Below, one piece after another: positions 1 through 5,753 of a DNA stretch of 33,497 nt (position 1 is its first letter; each line of letters opens with the position of its first letter). A program made the translations under genes and the position numbers. The DNA is from Elusimicrobia bacterium CG03_land_8_20_14_0_80_50_18 (GTDB lineage Bacteria; CG03), in the NCBI GenBank assembly GCA_002780705.1, contig PEUP01000024.1, positions 1,640 to 35,136 of the forward strand. The letters are read 5' to 3'. Under the pieces are notes generated by a model, which saw nothing but the letters and a program-made list of their open reading frames with translations, was not told the DNA's origin and made no database searches.

Positions 1-31
1 TATATGCGCATACCGCTTTTACAGTAAAAAT

Positions 32-958
32 TCAGCCACGGAAAGTGTCGGGAAAGTCCGTTCTGAAATAAAGCCGCCGGCCGCTTTCGGGATGATTGAA
101 ACTTATTGAATACGAGTGCAGCATTATCCGTTTGTCCGGCTCGCCGCCGTATTTGGTGTCGCCGGAAACGGGATAGCCGATGTGCGAGAGATGCACCCTT
201 ATCTGGTGGGTTCTTCCTGTAAAAATTTTTATGAGCAAAAGCGTTTTTTCTTTCATGCTCTTTACGGGGCGTATGTAAGTTTTGGCGTTTCTTCCGTCAG
301 TCTCCACCGAAAAAGCCGTTCTGTTGAAGTCGTTTCTCTTTATCGCCGCGTCTATGAACTGGCTGGATATCACTTTACCGCAACAGACGGCGAGATAGTG
401 TTTTGATACGGTTCTCGCGGCGAATTGCTTCATGATATTTGTCTGCGCGTCGGCGGTTTTCGCCACAATCATCAGTCCGGAAGTTTCTTTATCCAATCTG
501 TGAACCAGACCGGGCTTACCCAGGCCCTTCCAGTCATTGAGCTGGGGATATTTGTAGAGCAGTCCCTGAAGCAGGGTGCCGGATGAGTTTCTTCCGGCGG
601 GGTGTGTGATGATTCCCGAAGGCTTGGAGATTATGAGAAAACTTTCCTCTTCGTGGAGGACCTTGAAATTCACTTTTTCAGCCGTCACATTGGACGCGGG
701 GTCGGCGATAAGATTGACGGATATTTCCTCGTCGCCTTTGAGGATGTGATGTTTTTTTTCGCTTTTACCGTTCACTTTCACATTGCCCGTTTTTATCAGG
801 AACTGTATGAAAGAGCGCGAGTGGCCCGCTATCCTTGATTGGAGAAATGTGTCCAGCCGCATCCCCTTCCGGGGGTTGATAAAACGCTTGAGGGTTATGG
901 AATCATTGTTCATATCAGCCATTCTACCAATTATCCCCGCATATTTAAATCGTTCCAA
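32..958 (-). CDS. rluD: RluA/RluD-family 23S rRNA pseudouridine synthase
   Basis: 308-aa ORF with an N-terminal S4-like segment (MRLDTFLQ...GNVKVNGK). It carries the RluA-family catalytic motif GLVHRLDKETSGLMIVAKT and the C-terminal GRTHQIRVHL motif. The 5' end is uncertain: the ORF-track start at 958 is TTG and the first ATG is at 922. Confidence 0.88.
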   Translation of the reverse strand: MERFKYAGIIGRMADMNNDSITLKRFINPRKGMRLDTFLQSRIAGHSRSFIQFLIKTGNVKVNGKSEKKHHILKGDEEISVNLIADPASNVTAEKVNFKVLHEEESFLIISKPSGIITHPAGRNSSGTLLQGLLYKYPQLNDWKGLGKPGLVHRLDKETSGLMIVAKTADAQTNIMKQFAARTVSKHYLAVCCGKVISSQFIDAAIKRNDFNRTAFSVETDGRNAKTYIRPVKSMKEKTLLLIKIFTGRTHQIRVHLSHIGYPVSGDTKYGGEPDKRIMLHSYSISFNHPESGRRLYFRTDFPDTFRG

Positions 959-995
959 AAATGGGACAGGCTATTATTTGGAAAAATGCAACTGC

Positions 996-1024
996 TTGAC
1001 ATAGTATACATATTAGTGTACACT
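996..1024 (+). promoter_or_regulatory. Sigma70-like promoter with putative antitoxin operator repeats for the phd/relE pair
   Basis: TTGACA (996-1001), 17-nt spacer, TACACT (1019-1024). Two AGTRTACA boxes lie 12 bp apart (1003-1010 and 1015-1022), each with a palindromic core (GTATAC, GTGTACAC), and they overlap the spacer and -10. GGAGG at 1035-1039 sits 5 nt before the ATG at 1045. Confidence 0.5.
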
Positions 1025-1044
1025 CGTAGTGCAAGGAGGAATAC

Positions 1045-1317
1045 ATGAACCGAACAATAACATTAAAGGAATTGCGCCCGGAGCTCCCAAAAGTTGCTAT
1101 GGCAATTTCAGAGAAACTTGACCGCTATACCATAACTAAGCGCGGTCAACCTGTTATAATCATGATTAGTCCGGACGATTACGAAGGCCTTATTGAAACC
1201 ATTGAGATTCTGCAAGACCGTTCGGCCCTTAAACGAATTAAAAATGCAAGAAAAGACGCCATGGCCGGCAAAACTGTATCTTTGGAAGCATTGCAAAAAA
1301 GATTAGAGAGTGTATAA
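1045..1317 (+). CDS. Type II antitoxin, Phd/YefM family
   Basis: 90-aa ORF. The N-terminus (ITLKELRPELPKV...ITKRGQPVIIMISPDDYEGLIETIEIL) matches the Phd/YefM fold pattern. Strong SD. It overlaps the downstream toxin gene by 8 nt. Confidence 0.85.
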   Translation: MNRTITLKELRPELPKVAMAISEKLDRYTITKRGQPVIIMISPDDYEGLIETIEILQDRSALKRIKNARKDAMAGKTVSLEALQKRLESV

Positions 1318-1570
1318 AATTGAATTAGGCAAACTGGCTGAGAAAGAGATTGAAAAGATATACAGATTCGACAAAACCTTATACAAGCGTTTTATCGCCG
1401 CGTTTGAAGACATTTCCAAAGAACCGACGCTTGGCAAACTTCTTCATGGTAAGCTAAAAGGCCTTTCATCATATAGGTTAGGGAGCTATCGTATTATTTA
1501 TGAAACATTCCACCGCAAATTATTGGTCATCATAATTGACTTAGGTCATCGAAAAGACATTTATAAATAA
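1310..1570 (+). CDS. Type II toxin, RelE/ParE superfamily
   Basis: 86-aa ORF with a GTG start that overlaps the antitoxin stop. The pattern is typical of the family: LGKLLHGKLKGLSSYRLGSYRIIYETFHRKLLVIIIDLGHRKDIY. Confidence 0.85.
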   Translation: MYKIELGKLAEKEIEKIYRFDKTLYKRFIAAFEDISKEPTLGKLLHGKLKGLSSYRLGSYRIIYETFHRKLLVIIIDLGHRKDIYK

Positions 1571-1681
1571 AATGTCCAACAACTCAACACAGCGGAAGCA
1601 GTCTGCGGCGCCGCTCTATCTTTTTCAGTCAGAATAGTGTATGCTTTCTGAATAGGATTTGGGCGGAAAAAGAGGGAAAAG

Positions 1682-3295
1682 ATGACAGAAAAGATGACAG
1701 AAAAGACGGAAGAAAAGAAAACATTTGCGGATTTCGGCCTTTCAGAGAACTCTCTGAAGGCGATCAATAAGAAAGGGTTTGAGGAACCGACCCCGATTCA
1801 GATATTGACCATACCCCTGATGATGAGGGACGATACGAACATCATAGCGCAGGCCCAGACCGGCACGGGAAAAACGGCGGCTTTCGGTCTGCCGCTTCTG
1901 GAAATGGTCAAGGAGGATATCAGAAAAGTGCAGGCGCTGATTCTGACTCCCACGAGGGAGCTTGCCATTCAGGTGGCGGAAGAGATAAATTCGCTCAAAG
2001 GGAGCAGGGACATCAGGGTGGTGCCGATATACGGCGGCCAGTCCATAGACCAGCAGCTACGGAGCCTCAAAAAAGGCGTGCACATAGTGGTCGGCACCCC
2101 GGGAAGGGTGATAGACCATCTCAAGAGAAAGACGCTGAATGTGGCAAAGATAGAACACCTGATTCTGGATGAGGCCGACGAGATGCTCAGCATGGGATTC
2201 ATTGAGGACGTGGAAGAGATCATGAGGCACACAAACCCCGACAAGAGAACGCTTATGTTTTCGGCGACAATTCCGGCAAGAATAAGGGTGCTCGCCAACA
2301 AATATATGGACGGACACGAGCTCCTCACGGTCAAGAAAGAAAATCTCATAACCAATTTGACGGAGCAGATATATTTTGAGGTGAAATCCCATGAAAAATT
2401 TGAGGCGCTGTGCCGCATAATAGACATAGAGGACGATTTTTACGCGCTGGTCTTCTGCAGGACCAAGAGCGATGTGGACGGCGTGTCGGCGCATTTGACG
2501 GACAGGGGCTATGACGCGGCGGCTATCCACGGAGACATATCGCAGGCGCAGAGAGAAAGGACGCTCGGCCAGTTCAAGAACAAAAAGCTGAACATTCTTG
2601 TGGCCACGGATGTGGCGGCCAGAGGGATTGATGTCAGCGATCTCACTCATGTTATCAATTATTCTCTGCCGCAGGATCCCGAATCTTATGTCCACAGGAT
2701 AGGACGCACGGGCAGGGCCGGCAAGCAGGGAACGGCCATCACTTTTATCACGCCCAGCGAGTACAAGAGGCTGATGTTCATCCAGCGCTTTGCCAAGACT
2801 GATATTAAAAAGGCGCGGGTACCTAATGTAAATGACATCATTCACGCCAAAAAGAAAAAGATAGATGGGGATATGGCGCTCGTTTCGGGCGGAGAAATAG
2901 GCGCCGCGTATTATGACTGGGCGGCAAAACTTATCGGAGAGAATGAGCCGGTGAAAATACTGGCCGCTGTCCTCAGTTACTGTTTTGAGGAAGAGCTCAG
3001 CCCTGACAGTTACGGCAAAATAAAAGATGCCCCCTCAAAGAGGAAGCAGCTTGACCAGCACGGGAAGGTGCGGCTTTTCGTCGCTCTCGGCAAGAAAGAC
3101 AAGATAGACGCTCGTAAACTTGTTGAACTCGTCATGCGCAAAGTGAAGATCAAATCTCAGCATATCAGGGATATTCAAATACTGGAAAAATTTTCTTTCA
3201 TGTCTGTTCCCTTTGAAAACGCTGAGGAAATAATTTCCGGTTTCAAGGAAAAAGGCCGGAAGCCGCTAATCGCTCATGTTAAAAACAAAAGATAA
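1682..3295 (+). CDS. deaD: DEAD-box ATP-dependent RNA helicase with DbpA-type C-terminal RNA-binding domain
   Basis: Motifs present: AQTGTGKT (I), PTRELA (Ia), TPGR, DEAD (LILDEADEM), SAT, ARGID, HRIGRTGRAG. The C-terminal segment GKVRLFVALGKKDKIDARKLV is DbpA-like. GAGGG lies 5 nt before the ATG at 1682. Confidence 0.93.
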   Translation: MTEKMTEKTEEKKTFADFGLSENSLKAINKKGFEEPTPIQILTIPLMMRDDTNIIAQAQTGTGKTAAFGLPLLEMVKEDIRKVQALILTPTRELAIQVAEEINSLKGSRDIRVVPIYGGQSIDQQLRSLKKGVHIVVGTPGRVIDHLKRKTLNVAKIEHLILDEADEMLSMGFIEDVEEIMRHTNPDKRTLMFSATIPARIRVLANKYMDGHELLTVKKENLITNLTEQIYFEVKSHEKFEALCRIIDIEDDFYALVFCRTKSDVDGVSAHLTDRGYDAAAIHGDISQAQRERTLGQFKNKKLNILVATDVAARGIDVSDLTHVINYSLPQDPESYVHRIGRTGRAGKQGTAITFITPSEYKRLMFIQRFAKTDIKKARVPNVNDIIHAKKKKIDGDMALVSGGEIGAAYYDWAAKLIGENEPVKILAAVLSYCFEEELSPDSYGKIKDAPSKRKQLDQHGKVRLFVALGKKDKIDARKLVELVMRKVKIKSQHIRDIQILEKFSFMSVPFENAEEIISGFKEKGRKPLIAHVKNKR

Positions 3296-3316
3296 ACAGG
3301 ATCATTTGAGCGGTTT

Positions 3317-3400
3317 CGGCGGCTAATGTTGTGACGGCAGTAGCGGGCGAATTGCTATTCGCCTTTGTGCGCGGCATGGCAATGTTGCCGCTACATTGAG
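3317..3400 (+). repeat. 84-bp structured repeat, copy 1 (full length), upstream of the AbiE cassette
   Basis: By hand alignment it matches 5189-5272 over 84 nt with 9 mismatches. The 55-nt core is 3340-3394: GTAGCG / GGCGAAT-TGCT-ATTCGCC / TTTGTGC / GCGGCAT-GGCA-ATGTTGC / CGCTAC. Confidence 0.85.
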
Positions 3401-3418
3401 TCACCGCGATGCATGCCC

Positions 3419-3447
3419 TTGACAAATATTCGCGTATTTTCCATAAA
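3419..3447 (+). promoter_or_regulatory. Sigma70-like promoter of abiEi-abiEii
   Basis: TTGACA (3419-3424), 17-nt spacer, CATAAA (3442-3447). AGAGG lies 4 nt before the ATG at 3456. Confidence 0.45.
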
Positions 3448-3455
3448 GAGGAAAA

Positions 3456-4256
3456 ATGATGAAGAATAATGCAAGGCAGTACATAAGTCCCAGAGAGAGA
3501 GGAGTCATAGCGAGGCTCGCTTATGAAAAAACCGCAATAATAACGCAGGAGCAGTTTGACAAATACTTTAAATTCCCGCGGAGTGTAAGGTCAAAGATAT
3601 TTTTCAGACTCAGGAAAAAAGGCATATTTACCGCAATAAAAAAAGGTGTTTATTTTTATTCTCCGCTTGAAGCCGGCCCCGCCGGAAGCAGTATAAACGA
3701 GTTTCTTGTGCCGCAGGTTTTCTTTCCCAAAGGCAATTACTATGTAGGATACTCGACAATGTACAGTTATTATGGTTTTACGAACCAGATTTTTCAGACG
3801 ATGTATATCCTTAATTCATCTCTGCAGAAGGAAAAGATAATAGGCAGTGTTCGGTTCAGGATGCTTAAAATACCCATAAAAAGAATGTTCGGGCTGGAAA
3901 ATATTAAAATAAGAGACACCGAACTAATCGTAAGCGACAGGGAAAGGACTCTTGTGGATTTAATTTATTTTCCGGAACCTGTGGGCGGATTGAAAAGAGC
4001 GTTAGAAATATTGAAAGATCAGGTGCGGGAAAAAAAAACAAATATTAACAGACTGCTCAGGTATGCCGTAAAATTTCCCGGTATTTTAACCAAAAAAAGA
4101 ATTGGCTTTACATTGGAACGCGCGGGTGTAAAAGACGGGATACTCAAACCTTTGCTCGGGCAATTGAGGAAAACATCTCTCGTTACTCTTTATCCTTCAA
4201 AATCAAGAAAGGGAAAAATAAACAGGAGGTGGATGATAATTGAAAATGCTGCATAG
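3456..4256 (+). CDS. abiEi: AbiEi-family type IV antitoxin / transcriptional regulator
   Basis: 266-aa ORF. It has an N-terminal wHTH-like segment (VIARLAYEKTAIITQEQF...LRKKGIFTAIKKGVYFYSP). The central YVGYSTMYSYYGFTNQ and SDRERTLVDLIYFPE segments are typical of AbiEi. It overlaps the downstream AbiEii gene by 17 nt. Confidence 0.8.
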   Translation: MMKNNARQYISPRERGVIARLAYEKTAIITQEQFDKYFKFPRSVRSKIFFRLRKKGIFTAIKKGVYFYSPLEAGPAGSSINEFLVPQVFFPKGNYYVGYSTMYSYYGFTNQIFQTMYILNSSLQKEKIIGSVRFRMLKIPIKRMFGLENIKIRDTELIVSDRERTLVDLIYFPEPVGGLKRALEILKDQVREKKTNINRLLRYAVKFPGILTKKRIGFTLERAGVKDGILKPLLGQLRKTSLVTLYPSKSRKGKINRRWMIIENAA

Positions 4257-5124
4257 TGATAAAGATGAATTTCTCAAAGTGCTGGAGAGAACATCGGCTC
4301 AGACAGGATTCCCCTTAAGGCTTCTCGAAAAGGATTATTATATTACAGTCGTGCTTTCAGGCATAAGTCAATTAAGCGGGAGCTTGATATTCAAGGGGGG
4401 CACTTGTCTGAGCAAAATATATTATTCGTATTATCGCCTGAGCGAGGATTTGGATTTTACTCTTAAACTGCCCGGCAGCAATTCAACAAGGTCAATAAGA
4501 AGAAATGCCGTAAAACCGATAAAAGAGACAATCGGGGGCTTTCTTAAAAAATATGATATGAGCATAAAGAATTTGGATAAAGCGGGGCACAGGGAATCAA
4601 CGCAGTATGTTTATTATCTTGCTTATGATTCCGTTGTGCTGAATAAAGAGGAATCAATTAAACTCGAAATTGGTTTGAGGTTTAATCCGCTTTTACCGGC
4701 GCAAGCAAAAAAAGTGAAACACAAGTTTCTTCATCCATTTACACGGGAGTGTCTTTTGGACGCCGGCACGGTAAACTGTCTTGCTCTGAAAGAATTGGTC
4801 GCCGAGAAACTCAGGGCGTCCGCCACAAGGAAGATTATTGCGGGAAGGGATTTTTATGATTTAGGCTATCTTTTGAAAAGTGAGTTTAATTTTAATGACA
4901 AAGAAGTGCTTGAGCTTTTCAAAAAAAAGCTCAAAGAAGACGGCTTTTCTTCGCAATTGAGCGGATATCGGGTCAATCTTGGCAGAACAGACAGGGAAAT
5001 TGATGAAATGATGTCAAGGGTAAGTGATGAATTATTGCCGGTGCTGACGCTTAAAGAACAGAAATCTTTTAAGATGGGCAAAACGATTAATGAACTTAAT
5101 AGGGTGTTTGCGGGAATCAAATAG
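4240..5124 (+). CDS. abiEii: AbiEii/AbiGii-family nucleotidyltransferase toxin (DUF1814)
   Basis: 294-aa ORF with the hallmark FKGGTCLSKIYYSYYRLSEDLDF. The TTG at 4240 lies 10 nt after GGAGG (4225-4229); an alternative ATG is at 4246. Confidence 0.85.
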   Translation: MKMLHSDKDEFLKVLERTSAQTGFPLRLLEKDYYITVVLSGISQLSGSLIFKGGTCLSKIYYSYYRLSEDLDFTLKLPGSNSTRSIRRNAVKPIKETIGGFLKKYDMSIKNLDKAGHRESTQYVYYLAYDSVVLNKEESIKLEIGLRFNPLLPAQAKKVKHKFLHPFTRECLLDAGTVNCLALKELVAEKLRASATRKIIAGRDFYDLGYLLKSEFNFNDKEVLELFKKKLKEDGFSSQLSGYRVNLGRTDREIDEMMSRVSDELLPVLTLKEQKSFKMGKTINELNRVFAGIK

Positions 5125-5184
5125 TAGCGGGCGAATTGTTATTCGCCTTTGTGAGCGGCATAGCAATGCCGCCGCTACATTGAG
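5123..5184 (+). repeat. 84-bp structured repeat, copy 2 (lacks the 23-nt 5' flank)
   Basis: The complete 55-nt core is at 5124-5178, followed by the ATTGAG tail. The abiEii stop codon TAG (5122-5124) overlaps the first core base. Confidence 0.85.
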
Positions 5185-5188
5185 TACG

Positions 5189-5279
5189 CGGCGGCTAATG
5201 GTGTGACGGCAGTAGCGGGCGAATTGTTATTCGCCTTTGTGAGCGGCATAACAATGCCGCCGCTGCATTAAGTTTTTTT
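5189..5279 (+). repeat. 84-bp structured repeat, copy 3 (full length), followed by a T7 run; probable terminator at the convergent abiEii/lspA junction
   Basis: The element spans 5189-5272 with its core at 5212-5266. TTTTTTT at 5273-5279 follows on the + strand. The lspA stop codon (5268-5270, - strand) lies inside the element tail. Confidence 0.8.
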
Positions 5280-5753
5280 GCGGATAAATTCTATATAGAA
5301 GAGGATGATTCCGCCGGCCACGACCATGCTGTCGGCGATATTGAAGATGGGCCAGGGGTTGAAGGGCGCAAACCCGAGATTGAATTCCAGAAAATCGCAG
5401 ACGCTCCCGTAAAAGACGCGGTCGTAAATGTTGCCCGCGGCTCCGGATATGATAAGAGCCAGCGGCAGAAGTTCGTGTTCGTCGGCCTTTTGTACAAAAA
5501 AATAGAGCATCATCGCGAGGATGATAAGACTCAGGGCAAGGAAAAACAAATTATTTCCCCGCGCCATACCGAAAGCTATGCCGGTGTTGCTGATGCGGGT
5601 CAGGCGGAAAAAATTTCCGAGCACCGCGCGGTATTCGCCCAGCCAGAAGTTTTCCCTGATTACGAATTTTGACAGCCGGTCAAGAACAAAACCGGCGAGA
5701 GCTACGAAGATGAAAGTTTTTTTAGAGAGCGGCTTCAACATTTTCTTTTTCAA
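5268..5753 (-). CDS. lspA: Lipoprotein signal peptidase (signal peptidase II)
   Basis: Four hydrophobic segments. Motifs ISNTGIAFG and IFNIADS are present. It lies in the classic position downstream of ileS. The start is TTG at 5753 or ATG at 5741, either of which overlaps the ileS 3' end. Confidence 0.9.
   Translation of the reverse strand: MKKKMLKPLSKKTFIFVALAGFVLDRLSKFVIRENFWLGEYRAVLGNFFRLTRISNTGIAFGMARGNNLFFLALSLIILAMMLYFFVQKADEHELLPLALIISGAAGNIYDRVFYGSVCDFLEFNLGFAPFNPWPIFNIADSMVVAGGIILFYIEFIRKKT

Noticed and set aside
1571-1681. A possible terminator or cold-shock-type leader between relE and deaD (palindrome GCGGCGCCGC followed by a T-rich stretch).
   Set aside because: The only stems available are 3-5 bp, with either a very tight or a very large loop. 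I cannot support a specific structure by eye.
2057-2845. Long antisense ORFs opposite well-supported genes. They are 2057-2845 (opposite deaD), 7648-8490 and 5866-6336 (ileS), 13521-14120 (tsaB/rimI linker), 14814-15470 (hisG), 20494-21189 (GT-C-like gene), 22169-22936 (prs), 28893-29735 (ftsE/csaB) and 32166-32882 (udp).
   Set aside because: Each lies fully inside a gene whose product has clear family motifs. Their translations are low-complexity or Arg/Ser/Pro-rich with no recognisable motifs and no SD. They are typical shadow ORFs.
3340-3394. Whether the three-way-junction core is a hammerhead-type self-cleaving ribozyme or a tRNA fragment.
   Set aside because: The junction strands (no linker, no linker, TTTGTGM) lack the CUGANGA and GAAA hammerhead core. 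There is no tRNA-like D or T arm sequence.
3317-5272. Whether the 84-bp repeats form a CRISPR array or are integron attC sites.
   Set aside because: There are only three copies, two of them directly adjacent with a 4-nt gap, so there are no spacers. The unit is far longer than CRISPR repeats, and no cas genes are present. The ends do not match the attC RYYYAAC / GTTRRRY cores, and no intI is in the window.
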